A stretch of 63,979 bases of DNA, the filler included, from Choristocarpus tenellus KU-1152 (Eukaryota > Protista > Phaeophyceae): NCBI GenBank assembly GCA_964200185.2. It is 9 parts of 9 records of this genome, joined end to end, with 100 filler letters (N's around TTAATTAATTAA, not from the genome) between each part and the next. Parts side by side here need not be neighbours in the genome. Positions count along the whole stretch, not along the records: positions 43,487 to 55,697 come from CAXNAD020001921.1; positions 55,798 to 60,495 come from CAXNAD020013422.1; positions 60,596 to 63,979 come from CAXNAD020020400.1; 6 more parts are not named here. One strand, written 5' to 3'. Below are positions 50,203 to 63,300 of the stretch, in pieces. The notes beneath the pieces are model-generated. The model was not told where the DNA came from and searched no databases. It saw only the letters and a list, made by a program, of their open reading frames with translations. The translations under genes and the position numbers were made by a program. Position 1 is the stretch's first letter. Each line of letters opens with the position of its first letter.

Positions 50203-51063
50203 ACAACAGTGGCAGCAGTGGTAGAAGTGGTAGAAGTGGTAGTGACAGTGACAGCAACTATAGTGCCAACAACGCCAGTGGCAGTGATTCCGAGAGCACA
50301 AGCAGTACCAGCAGCAAAAGCAACAGTGACAGTGAGACCCAGGACAAGAGGAGGAGGGTCAAAAGTGGAAGAGGCATAAGTGGCAATGATAGGGTGGAGA
50401 GTATTGGCAGCAGTGGAGAGGATCGATCAGGACCTCGTCTGGGGGGCGAAGGGAGCTCTCTGAACAAGGTGACAACAAGAGGATCGATTTTGACAAGAGG
50501 GGAATATTGTAGGTTGAAGACATCGTTGACTGTCTCCTGTTGTAAGTGATCCGTTGCTCTGTTCTGGTTGACTCTTGGCTCTTGCTGGAGTGGTATGTGT
50601 TTGACACACGGAAATCAAGAGGAGTTGCACCCTTGAATGATTTTTTGGTTGAAGAAGGGGCATGCACACATTGCGATGTTGACACAAGACGGCAATTGAT
50701 ATCTTCAAAGTCACCAAATTGCTGTGAAATGCCACTCTCTTCAGTGTCCCTGTTCCTATGTTTAGGATGACATAGCACAATACTGTTTGGGGGGGGTACT
50801 ACTGAATGAAACGCATCAGGACAGCAGAATCCTTTACAATTTGAGACAAGAATAGGCATGTATTTTCCGTTGGTGCTGTGTGCATTTACATACATGGTGC
50901 ACACTGTATGGCCACTAATCTCCCATCGTACTTGACTAACGTACCCCGGCACACTCATTCCTTCATATTTATCTTGACGGAAACTCCAAAACAGGTCAAA
51001 TCCACATACACAGCGATGGGAAAACTCAGAAGCAACCTTAGTAGGCCCACAGAGAGTGCATAG
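49887..51063 (+). CDS. Ser-rich low-complexity protein, last two exons (possibly the same gene as 40830-43195)
   Basis: Exon 49887-50468 (acceptor TTTCTGCAG, 194 codons with a poly-S/N/D tract, donor GTGACA) joins in frame to 50995-51063 (VKSTYTAMGKLRSNLSRPTESA*). It is not directly phase-compatible with the exon ending at 43195, so a linking exon would be needed. Confidence 0.65.
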
Positions 51064-52700
51064 TTAGCAATCACAAGGCCAAGGGCAAGACCTGGGCAGG
51101 CAAGGACAATCTGAAGGAAGCATCCGACTCTTGTCTCCTTGTCTTCCTCTAGATAGTTGGAGATCTGACAATGGGTTCACCTGAGATCTGCATCCCTCCA
51201 CGTGAGCAGGGAGTAGGGCCAGGGCATTGACTTTTTTGTTTTCATTAAGACTAACTTTGGAGCTCATTCATGGGTTCAACGTGAATAGAGGCGACTTACT
51301 CCTACTATATTAGAGGGGGGGTGGAGGGGAGTATGTCCACTCCAACAAAGGACTGCTGTTCACAAGAGTGGCCATTTTTTCTTATGATCTATTGGAAAAA
51401 TTCAATTCATTAACATATTCACCGAGTTCTTCATTCATTCTTGCCACTAGGCATTTGGACCCTGACCAAATCTCTATCCTCCTCCCGACCCTGTCATGCC
51501 TTCTTGACACACTGCTGCTGGCATTGCATCAACCTTGTCCCCCCAGTGGATGACTCTGGGCAGGATGGGGGGAGACTGAGAGGGAGAGCGGCACAGCACC
51601 ATGACGAATCAAGGATGGGGTTGGTAACTGCCCTTGGACACGAATTTATTAGGATAATGGGGAGGGAAGTCTGCCCGTGTTACATGAATCGGTTTACCCT
51701 TCCTCTGGCAGTTTATATATTTTATAGCAGATCCTGCTACTTGGCGTATCTGTACTATTTTCTTCGTATTATAAGTGTCACATACTGAGTTTACTATTAA
51801 GATAACGTAGTAGTCCAGAGTATATACTTGACAGTGCTTGCACTAGGAAATGTACTACTACTAGTGAGAGACTACATATTATTTTGGTGTATAATACCCT
51901 ACAGCTTACAGAGGGTATTAACATGTTGATTTGGATTTCTATTCCTACCCCTCAGTTCTAATTACTATTCTGTCACTAACCTAGGAGCATGCGCACTTTT
52001 CAACTGTTCGAACAAGTGCTGGATTCCCTCCAAAACTGACAAATTAAGCATAATGATAAGATCAAGGTAGAAAGTGAGCACTCCTTTGCTGACGTTGCCA
52101 TCTCCAACCCTGGAATTGAATGGAGCTGGATTAAACACAATCTCAAAGGTATGTGGGAAACATGCCCCCAAAATCAAAAACGCCTTTGTTTTCTTGGGAG
52201 CTTGATCAGTGAAGGAAGCAGGGCGTATGCACTGTGTAATTCTGGGGACTGACAACAGTTAACTAGAGGACAAAGGCAAGGACATATTCTACATGTGCAT
52301 TCTCACCTTAACGCCTCTACCCATATACAATGCCACGAGCCCTTTTCAAATACCTAGTCGCGAATCTCTACTGCTACTGGAATGGATGTCTAACACAGTC
52401 CTCTGCCCAGTCTGCAACAGACCACGCATGCTGTTTCTCCTTTGCTCATAAAACCCTACGTCTCCACCCACTCACATTGCAGTATGGGATTGGGCTTCAA
52501 CCGTGAAACATTGCACAGAACTGGAAAACCCTGGAAAACGACACTCAGTGGATACTTCAGAACCCTCATATGTGATGCTTTGAGTAATGACCATTAATAC
52601 TGTTGAGTAGTTTTGGTGCCAATCTTTGACAATAATTGAGGACATCGTATTTTAGAAGCCCCATCTGGCTCTTGCTGTTCGTAATTGTGCACATCACCTT

Positions 52701-53047
52701 GAGTGAAAGAGTCGAAGTATCTTAGAGGGTAGAGCCGCGTCCATTTGGGGGCCAAAATTCAATGTTGTGAATTCAGTGTAATTTTGGCTATCGTGTTTGT
52801 TAGGAAGTGAATGTCCTTGTTCCGGACACACCTTTTCATAGCGTATACATTTTACCTACTCCGAAACTTGGATTAGGAAAATGCAATAAATAACCCCATG
52901 GTAAGCCAAGCCCGAAACGGACAAACAGCGCAAGACTCGTACCCTTTAAGATACTTTCACTCGAAAGTATAATTTTACACTGAATTCACAACATTGGATT
53001 TTGGCCCCCAAATTGACACGGCTCTACCCTCTAAGATGCTTTGACTC
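52701..53047. mobile_element. Nested MITE family A: full + strand copy (52709-52962) inserted in the TIR of an internally deleted - strand copy
   Basis: GAGT[GAAA]-inner-[GAAA]GTAT shows a 4-bp target duplication; the outer copy ends CTCTAAGATGCTTTGACTC. Confidence 0.88.
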
Positions 53048-54344
53048 CTTGTCACTGTCTCTTGCCCAGGTAGCTCTCAATAGAATGCAAGAAGCGGGTT
53101 TTAATGGTTCTACATTGAAATGCCACACGAACGATTCATTGTACTTCCTAGGCAGGGTTTAGGGTTTGGCTAGATGTCACAGCGATAATAGAGAGTTTGT
53201 GTAGTGGACTCTGAGTCAATTCCAAGTGAAAGGATTCTGATGGCTGTGCCAAGAATAAGGAGGCAAATATTTCCATCACTTGCACCTAACTCATTGCATA
53301 ATGATCCACAAGGTTTACTGCGCATAAAGGTAAGGCAAAGGAGATAATAGATCTGAAGAGATCAAGGCGAGAAGAACTAAGATGTGGAGGTAGAAGTTAT
53401 GGACTTGGGACACACTATGATGGGTCAGGAGGATACTATTATACGAAGGGGAGAGGTATTTTGTATGCCTGCAGCTGGCAATCACCCTAATAGAAGAATG
53501 AGGAGCTATAATGAGTGGTAATAAGAAGCACATGCCAATCAAAACCATCATTTTCATCAACCTAAAGCACAGGATAAGGTTGCTCACGACAGAGTTCAGT
53601 CCAATGCACGACAGAATTCTTGTTCACAGGAGGAACACTTGTCTGATAGACCAAATACTGGAGCACTGTCCAGTGAGGACTACTTTCCCAACTCCTTGCG
53701 GCGGGAGGATAAAGATGGAGTGAGACAGGGGTCCACGATCAGTCTCAAGGGGAACCGCGAAGACTGAGGTGACTGCTTGAGGATTGCACACGGTCAGTGG
53801 GTTGATGACCCACATACTCTGCTGGGATAGTTCCCCGGGCTCTTGTTCTTGTCAAACATTGATATACCACTGTTCCACCAGGACAGAGAGTTGCGCAACT
53901 ATCTGGCTTGGTTGAACAGTGGTATCTCAAAGTTTGACATTTCTCTGAATCCTTACGACAATCATCCTATCTCTGAGCTGCCTGGACGTTAACGATATCC
54001 TTGTTCCATCAGACTGACGACAGACCAACGAGTACTTACGCCTCTGAAGCAAAGAACCTTACACCTTTTTATTTCCTGCTTCCTCTACTTCTTTTGTTTG
54101 GATGTTGTGCATTCTCTCAATGCTGAGCCCTTTGTTTTAGTGCCTGCACCAATCAAGCTGCACTTCTTTTCGAACGAGCACTGGATCTGCTATTCTGTTC
54201 CACCACCTAATTTGAACTATTTGCATCATATGCCCCACTTTAGTCCGATGAACAGCACAGGGGAACCCAACTGTCTTGGGGAACCACCAGTCTCATACTT
54301 TTTTCACTTCTTAAAATAAAGCTTGGGGATATTTTTCACACAGA

Positions 54345-54513
54345 GGTCAGGGTCAGGTTCAGGATCAGGTTAAGGTTCAGGGTCAGGGTCAGGGCCAAGG
54401 CCAAGGTTAGGGTTAGGGTTAGGGTTAGGGTTAGGGTTAGGGTTAGGATTGGGGTCCGGGTCAGGGTGAGGGTGAGGGCTAAGGCTAGGGTTAGCGTCGG
54501 GGATAGGGTTAGG
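54345..54513 (+). repeat. Interstitial telomere-like (TTAGGG)n array with variant hexamers
   Basis: A perfect GGTTAG core at ~54405-54446 flanked by in-register variants (TCAGGG, CCAAGG, TGAGGG). Confidence 0.9.
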
Positions 54514-55677
54514 TTTTCGAAAATGCTTGAAAAAATAAAAATATATATTGCTTTGTTGGTTCTCAAAGACAGTGGTGGTCCCCGAAGACTGGGGGGTTCC
54601 TTGATGAACTGCACCGTTTAGATATAGTCATGGTGCTGCTCCATGGAGTCTCTCACCTCGATTTCCTCGACTCCAACATCCTTTCTCATTTAATCTATAC
54701 AGATATATTTATTGCACCCTGACGTTCATGACAATTTGTGCGTAAAATATATCAACATTATCACATACTGAACAAGACTACTTTAATGCCTACGGTTGAA
54801 AGGTTGACGTATGTAAGCCTCGTTGCCAGCAACTACCACCTGGGTATGTGAGTAGAACGTGCATTAATAATACGCTAGTAATAGTTGGGGCGGGGTGGCC
54901 CACTACCACGACACCAACTATAACCGCCACTGATTTGGCTCACCACACCACTACCATAGGAACCACTATGCCAAACACTGAACACACCACAAACGTACAT
55001 GAAATTGCCGCTCTTGTGTTCATGATTGTAACGCACCACACATTTTACTGTGATATCTTCACCATGATCTGGTCGATTTCCGACGTCTGAATGGATTAGA
55101 TAGTTTGCCACCGCTCTCTTGATGAACCAGATTGAAGAGGTGGGTGTTTTCGATGGATAGGAATAGGGTTAAGGATGGTTTTAGGCACCTCCACCATCCG
55201 CCTGATTTATCAATAATGCTGTGGCGAACGATCTAATCCACTCCAACGTCGGAAGTTTTTCCAGTTTCCCACCTACACCGCCCAATCAGTTGCACTTTAA
55301 TGGTTGGTTTGTTGAGGCTCTCGCGTCGTTGCAGTGCAAAGGGGAGATCCCCTGTCTCCTGAAGACAGGGAAACAATTTTCACACTTTATTTCGAGAATC
55401 TAACTCCAACCCTAATCCTAACCCTAACCCTAACCTGAATTTGAAAAATAACCCTGAAGTATGACAGTGAGGGTTAGTGGTGTCTCCCAAAGACAGGGAA
55501 TCTCCCCAGTGCACTCCATTGTTTTCCATAACTTCTGAAACAGAAGTACTTGGTACAAACTGTTGAAACCTGGGTTCGTATGTGTCGTGCTTGGTTGTGC
55601 TGTGGCTAACTTTGGCGAAGGGTGTCATAGTGCAACAAAGCACTGGTAAGTTTGTTCTGGCAGATCTGACGACATAT

Positions 55678-55828
55678 GACCCCAAGTATCCTGGGGGNNN
55701 NNNNNNNNNNNNNNNNNNNNNNNNNNNNNNNNNNNNNNNNNTTAATTAATTAANNNNNNNNNNNNNNNNNNNNNNNNNNNNNNNNNNNNNNNNNNNNGAC
55801 CCACCCCCCCCCCCAGATACTTTGAGCC
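55678..55828 (+). mobile_element. MITE family B ends flanking a gap
   Basis: GACCCAAGTATCCTGGGGG...CCCCAGATACTTTGAGCC. Confidence 0.75.
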
Positions 55829-56199
55829 TGTCATAAAGTCTCTCATTGAAAAAAGTTGTGCAGGTCTAAGATACATCAGCTGTTCCACCATGGCGCATTT
55901 AGACCACCATATACTACTGTGTATTTACATCCTGCTTCAACATGGATACACCATGGAGGGCATCACATGACAAAAAAAAGGCTGTGGGGGGAACATACTC
56001 AACACTCAACGGTGATAGTAGCGACAACACGACGAGAACTATGGAGAGACAAATGATAGAGGAATGGGATGTAACATATCTTACTGAGAGTGAGTGGGAG
56101 TCCATTACCAGAAAGCAACACCAAGGGAAGGGTGACTCAACCCAGTGCCTTTGCTTTAAAGATCGTGTCCACACAGGGATTTGTTCTCAACCATGATGC

Positions 56200-56475
56200 G
56201 TCCTCTACCTTTCGAATCCAAAGAAAGTCCTGAAATGCCTCCCTGTGTCCAGACTTCGTGCATGTCAGGTGGTTCTTCAGGTTTGTGGTCGACTTGGAGT
56301 TCCCCATATTTTTCTCAGTGCTAGAAAATTCACTGTTGTATGTTGACGCAAGAGTCACAAATAACCATGTTGGGAAGTCTCGTCCTCGTGCGCACTCTAA
56401 GGAAAAACCATCCTGGAGATATTTTTTATATTTTTGATTCCAAAAGAATAGGAAAATCATCTCGACAAGTCTCAC
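56200..56475 (-). mobile_element. Possible hAT transposase BED-finger relic
   Basis: GNSKSTTNLKNHLTCTKSGHREAF resembles the C-terminal half of BED fingers (STxNLxxHL...H); no transposase core found. Confidence 0.3.
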
Positions 56476-57905
56476 CTCTAGCCGGGTCTCTAATGAGTGT
56501 GGACTAATGACATCTTGTGACTGCTATTGTACTAGGTTGTACGGTTCTGTGACCTGCTTGTATTGCGATTAAATAAACTGAATAACCGAACTCTTTTTCA
56601 GTTCAGTTATGGCAATAAATCTAACTGAAGCCAATTGTACTGTTGGGATTCACTGGAGTAGAAATTTCCCTTTGTATGTGCGCCTCGTACCACGTCACAT
56701 CGCCTTTTACATTTATTTTATACCTTGCAGTATGTTGTACCTCATATATATTTGTCTTTTATATTTTCAGTATACTGCCATTGACTCTCTTTTCCTGCCC
56801 GCCAATATCGCACTGATTGCGCGACACACACCCAATTTTTACACTTCTCTCTCTGTCGCATGTGCACACACCAGACGTAGAGTGGGTCCCTCGCGTACGG
56901 GTCAGCTTATAGGTATTAGGGTATCAAAATACAGGAATCGGGAAGGAAAAGCGGAAAGTGGAATCTCATCGGTCACCTACTAATGTTCAGTTAAAATTGG
57001 CTGAGACGTTATATTCTTCAAAGGAGCTCGAGGTCGACTTTCTCTTTTATTTCGCTCGTCAAGGAGACCATAGATTTGACAAAAAAAAATATACGAGATC
57101 GTAGATGAGGGTTTACAATCATGTTCATTCTTTGAAGGGTACAGTCTACCATGAGAAATATAATATATATTATTGGTCATATTGTTCAATCATCCATACA
57201 TACCCCTCTTCCTGGTCTCTTCCTGTTGAGACCGAAACAGACTACACTTTCGTATTCTACCTACAGCTACTACCTACAGCAGATTTTTTCTTAATCACCC
57301 CCAGCATAACTCTTGGTTCTAAAGCAACCAACCTTGAAACAGGCGAAATAATCAAGATTAGAACAAAAGCGTTCTGCAATCCTCAGAGGATACAAGGCAT
57401 GCAACTAAAAAATCCGAAGAGTAGGCCAACAGGAAGAACACTCAAGTTGTCCTTTGAAAAGTCTCCCTTCATTGTGCAGTGTTTGATGGTCCCAGAAGTG
57501 CCTCTTCCCAGCATGCAACACTCTCCTTCCCCCATCCTCTCCGACAGGTGCCAGAGCCAAATCCCCGACCTAGCGACTACTGTGCTTATAAAAACAGGTA
57601 AAAAAAAGTAGTAGGTTACCGAGGCGTACAGCGATAACAAACAACAGTGAGATGCCCCGTGAATTGGAGCAAGCATAGCCACCTCCAAAAGCAAGGGGTC
57701 CTGCCTCACGAAGGGGGCCAGAGAGGTTACACCTTGAATACATACATCCTCAAGGCACAATACAACACACAGGCACACACTTACGCATATATACTCCAGA
57801 GCAATAATGTAGAGTACACCATTCTGTTCATCTAGTTATAGTTTTATTAACGTAATTACTATTATTCAAAATGTTGGGATAAATCGCTTCAAACAGGGAG
57901 GTCAA

Positions 57906-58999
57906 TCAAGCCCACGCTGCACCAGCAACGTCTCCATCAAACCAGGCAGCATCCCTCTCTTCCTGTGCCCTGGCTACCCTCTCTGCTACTCTGGCTCGTT
58001 CCTCCTCCACCTCCATGATGGACCAGGCTCTGTTCTTGATTAACGTGTCACGGCAATCTTCAAAGACCCACCAGAGCATTTTACCTGTCCTTCGCATGGA
58101 CATCCCTTCAGACCTCATCTCTTCCAGCAGGGAGAGGGCACGATCGTACTGACCAGCTTCACCACATGCCTGCATTAGAGAGGCACATCAAACATGATCC
58201 TTCTGTTTGGTCTGTCAATTCTCGTCAGCATGATATATTTTAGCCGTATGCTACTACTACTGGATTGCATTTCAAAAAATTACTTTTCGTGTTGAAAAAA
58301 AAAGAATCAACAAGTAACAGTCATGTGCTGGAACCCCCCCCCCCACAAGAAGTCGAGGTGACTCTGACAGAAGAAGATACTACTGATCATCATGCAGTCT
58401 TGTGCAATGCATAGCGATTTCTTACACAGATCACAATTGTCCTCCGATCACCTGCCACAATGACAACAGACCATCATATTTTTGCATGGCTTATTATTTT
58501 TTGAAGAGGGTGATTTTCAACTTCTGCACAAGCCGGGGAGTATAATGGAAGAGATAAAAGAGATAAAAGGCACCATCAAATTGCCTGCATCAGAGAACCC
58601 TACCTGAATCGCGGAGCTTAACTCAACCAATTACAAATTACCAAGTACAAACCAGCCAAGCCGCCTTAGTGTCTGGGGGCAAGCACAAGTAGTACTCTAC
58701 ACCTCACGTATGACCTAAGATAGAGTAAAAAGGCTACTCATCACAAACACATCCCTTCTTCGCCTCTGAACTGCTTCTTTACACTGGCAAAGGACAATCC
58801 TTCATACCTTAACCACCAGTCGAAGACATCGGGTGTCAGGACGAACACCCTCTTTGTGTGCATCGTTCAGGAGTGAGAGGGAGCTGACCCAGTCTCCCTC
58901 TTTACAACAGCACATTATGAGGGCTCTGTAGCAGCCTAGAGTAGTACGAATGCCCTTGGCCGCACGCATTTCATTCAGTAGAGACATTGCCTGCTCTTT
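57906..58999 (-). CDS. Pentatricopeptide repeat (PPR) protein, last two exons
   Basis: Exon ~58999-58808 (AMSLLNEMRAAKGIRTTLGCYRALIMCCCKEGDWVSSLSLLNDAHKEGVRPDTRCLRLVVK, donor GTATGA) joins 58169-57906 (ACGEAGQYDRALSLLEEMRSEG...*), giving ~35-aa PPR motifs. The upstream acceptor is ambiguous (58990/58999/59002). Confidence 0.88.
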
Positions 59000-59605
59000 C
59001 TGCTCCAAATAGGCGTGAGGGCATCAGGCAACATCACATTTCACAGAGGAGTGAGTGCATCCCATTACAAAAAAAAAGGGGTGAGTCGTTCTCATCCAAT
59101 TTTAGATACAATTATATACGCAATTTATACTTTTAAGCATTAAAAAAAAAATCTTGTTCCCATAATAACACCCACCTTTTCATCAGGAACCCCCCCCCCC
59201 CCCCCCAAATTTGTATGAAAAATAAAAAATCAACGGATCATGCCATTTGGGTGAAACAGTAATGAGGGTACATTTTTTTATTATTATTGTCAACGGTCCA
59301 TACTTCAAGAGTCAGCGGGCAGGAGAAAAAAAAGAAAAAGAAGCTTCAATTCAAGGTCAGGTCCATCTTGCGTTTTAGTTGGATGATGCTGTACTGTTAC
59401 ACTACTGGGAGGTCATTTTCAAAACCTCCAAAACCTTGCTACATTAAGGACAAAGCTTGACTCTCTTTCCCGACCATGACGAATCGAAGGTGTTAAGGAC
59501 AGGCCCTTGGAAGGACACACAAATAGCAGGCAGCCCACAGCCCCCACTCAAGATGGGTTGGGTTGACCCAGTTAAACCCAAATGATTCCAAATGTACACA
59601 ACAAA

Positions 59606-59607
<2 letters not shown>

Positions 59608-59651
<44 letters not shown>
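59608..59651. repeat. (GT)n microsatellite
   Basis: Directly visible. Confidence 0.95.
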
Positions 59652-59654
<3 letters not shown>

Positions 59655-59904
59655 ATAGCTTCAGTCACACTATTTCCTGCCAACATGAAGCAGTACAACT
59701 GTTGGGATCAGTCTGGGTCAGCTCTGTACTATCTATGTCTTGATGTGGCTGATGACTGCCTCACAGTGAGGTTCAGTTACGATATCTGATGACCCTGGTC
59801 CGGATATATCAGAAAAATATTGTAACCTGTCCAGACCGCAGACTGGATAGGTTCCAATATCCGTTGAAGTCGGTGTAGACACGTGCAAAAAAATATTGGG
59901 ACTG

Positions 59905-59938
59905 GTCCAGTCCAGTCCAGTCCAGTCCAGTCCAGTCC
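59905..59938. repeat. (CCAGT)n pentanucleotide repeat
   Basis: About six tandem GTCCA units. Confidence 0.9.
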
Positions 59939-60993
59939 CATTCACGGACCACCAGTCCCACTGCATTTGCTCGTCCCACCAAAGAGATCTTACAGTTTCA
60001 CATCAATTTCTGTGCGACAAAGCGGGCTAGTTAAAAAAAAAAGGTTAAAAGACATCAATAAAAAATATATATATATCGAGCGGGACATAAAAAAGTAAAA
60101 AAAAAAATTGGAACAAGAAAGTAATTTCTCACTCCTACGGAATCTTCCACACCACTCTTTGAGGTTCTATGATATGAGGTTCATGAACAAGGACCGGGCG
60201 GTTCTAAAATACTGGCGGTTCTATTTGGGGCGAGGCGCAAACAAAATCCAAAAACTTTCTCCATCTCAACTCCAAAAAACGATGTGATATTTATATACAT
60301 ATATACGTATGTATGTAGTAATATTTGTACTTACCTATTACCACGATACAACGATTGTAACCAATTCAATACATACACACATATATCATATCTAAGGTTT
60401 CCTGAGCAGAAATTTCTCTACAGGCAACAAGACCACAATTAAGATTAAAAAAACAGTCACAAAGAATTTTCAATTTGTTTAAAAACATTCCCCCCNNNNN
60501 NNNNNNNNNNNNNNNNNNNNNNNNNNNNNNNNNNNNNNNTTAATTAATTAANNNNNNNNNNNNNNNNNNNNNNNNNNNNNNNNNNNNNNNNNNNNAATGA
60601 TGGTGTCACCAACGGTTTCAGATTCGATGCCCTGTATTTACTAGCTTTACAACCGTGTACACACCACCTGTGAATGGTGGTGTCACCAACGACCAAATCA
60701 CACCAACAAGTGAAAATCGAAAAAAGGGCGAAAAACGAAAGCCGGCATCCTTCCCCCAGATACTTTGAGCCGTAGGTCCGACACTCACCTCATTCAACCC
60801 CCTTCACCCGTGGAGAAGGTTTGGGGAGGGTGGTGGTAAAACACTCAATGTTGGTGTAGGACGTTCTCCTACGACACCATGGCATAAGTGCCCTGGTCCT
60901 ATAGATGCAGGAAAGGAATAGGCTCCTGGCATAGAAGGCCTCATTGTTGAGCCTGTACCTTCTGGTTCCATCCCTGATGTAGAGAGAGCAGGT

Positions 60994-61251
60994 GATTTAA
61001 AGTATCTTAGAGGGTACAAGTTTTTCCCTGCTTGGCCATTTGGGACTTGGATCCCCACGGGTTTTTAATGATATTTTACCTACTCCAAAATGTTTCGGAG
61101 TAGGTAAAATGTATACGTTATGAAAAGGTGTGTCCGGAACAAGGATATTGACATCTCCTAACAAACATGAAAGTCAAAATTACATCAAAATTACGAAATG
61201 GGATTTTGGTCCCCAAATGGACGCGGCCTACCCTCTAAGATACTTTGACTC
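60994..61251 (-). mobile_element. MITE family A, full length, with 4-bp TSD AGGT
   Basis: AGGT|GATTTAAAGTATCTTAGAGGGTA...TACCCTCTAAGATACTTTGACTC|AGGT; internal 14-bp palindrome arms at 61073-61110. Confidence 0.92.
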
Positions 61252-63013
61252 AGGTACCAATATGTGAGAGTGCTGAAGTCATGCAAACATGACTAGAATG
61301 CAGCCTATCTCGCTGGTGTAGAAGAGCCTACTCCCAATCCCCCAACAATTACGCCCTGTGCAACAGAGTGTTTAGGAGGCTGACCATGCTGGTAGCATTC
61401 CTGCAGCTCGATGTATAAGGGAAGGTGGTGTTGATGGAATGGGCCTAATATTGGAGGGAGCATTGGCGATGTACATTCCTCGTATCTTGACCTGGGTATG
61501 CTCATCAGAGCTAGGAATCTGCTTTGTGTGCAATATTCTCTTGCACAGTGGTTTGTTCTGTGAGGGTGACTGTACGGCAGGGTCAACATGTATGTCACCC
61601 ATGGGGACCTTTACAACCTCTTCGTATGACCTTACACTCCTTGAGGAAGTACCCCTCAGGACTAAAATTCGGGATCTGACCAGTCACGTTCAGGTGCCAA
61701 AACACTGCCTGCACATGGTGAAATGGAAGCCCATTCCTTTGGGAAGCTGGCACTCACACAATGTTTTTTGCGGTTCTGTGTTGTACCACAATGTAACACG
61801 ATAATTGTGGCTAGATTCATCACCTCCCTTCACCTGGAGTGGGGGGGTATCTGCACACGATAGATTGATGAACAGGGAGAGACCTGTTAGATTCTTCGGG
61901 CGCTTCCCTGGCTCCTCGCCCTGTGGTGTAGGGTTAAGCTAGGTTGGAGGCGTACACACAACATTGTAATTACAAGCTTTTATGATAGTGTAGTATAGTT
62001 AGTAGTAACTAGAAAATAGATTATTGCGAGATATCTTTCACGTTTGCGACAACTGTTACTTTTACTAAAGTCCATATAATATTGAATTGGCTTTTCCCCT
62101 GACACACCAAACCACACCAAAAAAGTGAAAATCGAAAAAAGGGTGAAAAAACGGACGTCGACACCCCCCCCCCCCCCGAAACTTTGGACCCGGCACTCGT
62201 TTTTCCGCCCCCCCCTCAACGGAGAAGGTGCCAAGGGTAGATCCAGAGGGTAGAGTGGCCTCGGCGGCTCTCCTTGTCTCACTGTCGTGGTCCATGTTGT
62301 TGTGTAAGTCACGTGTGTGTGTGTGGTCACAAAAAGTCTGCAAAAGGCTCTAAAAAGAGGAAACTCTTGGGGGGGGTTCTGCTTTTTTTTCGGTGAGGAC
62401 CGCATCAGGCAAACGTAGGCAGCGACGTACACTTGACCAGGTTTCTGCAAGGAGCTCAGACAACCACTTCATTTTTGTACATTTTAAAGTCGTGACCTTC
62501 AAAATTGCGCCGGAGATATCCCCCCGCGTTTTTTCCATTATTTTATCGGGACAAAGTTCCCGTTCACCGAAGTTTGTACATTCATGGATACAAACCTTCA
62601 AAAGGTCTCATCATAACCTTTCATTTGATATAATATAATATATTGTTGTATATATGTTGCGGCGTTCCCGTGAAGAAAGCAGAACTGCCACAGAGGGCGA
62701 AGCTACTGGTACCACCTTAGTAATATATAGATCTTCGTAGCATAGGGTAGGTGACATGGGGATGGGGACATGATAAAGGGTTAGGGATTGCGTGGAATGT
62801 AGCAAATGATGTCATGACCAACGAAGTATGTACATACTTCAAAGTATGAGAAAGGGAAGAAATGAACAAGAAATTCTGCAACCTATCCTGCATGGACGTT
62901 GATTATGCTTCTGTTCGTGTTTCCCCAAACGATTAATGACTTCTCATTTTTGAACTTTGAAACACTGTCTCTGTGCTTCTCCAGACGTAGGCAGGATGTT
63001 GCTATAATCTTCC

Positions 63014-63300
63014 GACTCGAATTATCTGGGAGGGGGTGGTGGCTGTCCATTTGGGGCAATTTTTTCATGTCGCGAAGTTTGGGTGATTTTGTTGGATACG
63101 TCGGATGGATAATGAAAATACATTTCTCCTAGTTATGGCCCAAATGGACACCTTGGTGTAGACCCCCCCCCCCCCCCCCCCCCCCTTTTGGTTTCCCCCC
63201 CCATGATGAGAGGCGCCGGCTGGGGAAGAGGGGGGGATCTCNNNNNNNNNNAATGGACACCTTGGTGTAGCCCCCCCCCCCCCCCCAGTTACTTTGGGTC
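63014..63300 (-). mobile_element. MITE family B copy with a small gap and duplicated end
   Basis: Reverse complement of the 41510 copy; the segment AATGGACACCTTGGTGTAG occurs on both sides of a 10-N gap. Confidence 0.8.

Noticed and set aside
51900-54100. Possible LINE or other retroelement relic (also 36800-38600 and 41800-42450)
   Set aside because: Composition suggests decayed coding sequence, but no diagnostic motif could be read with confidence.
54336-54614. LTLTLT-rich ORF, and a true telomere at this site
   Set aside because: Translation of the telomere-like array, which is short, degenerate and flanked by unique sequence on both sides.
57383-57778. Second BED-finger-like segment (RSGIW...GTSGTIKH)
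   Set aside because: Cys/His spacing is incomplete; too weak to call.
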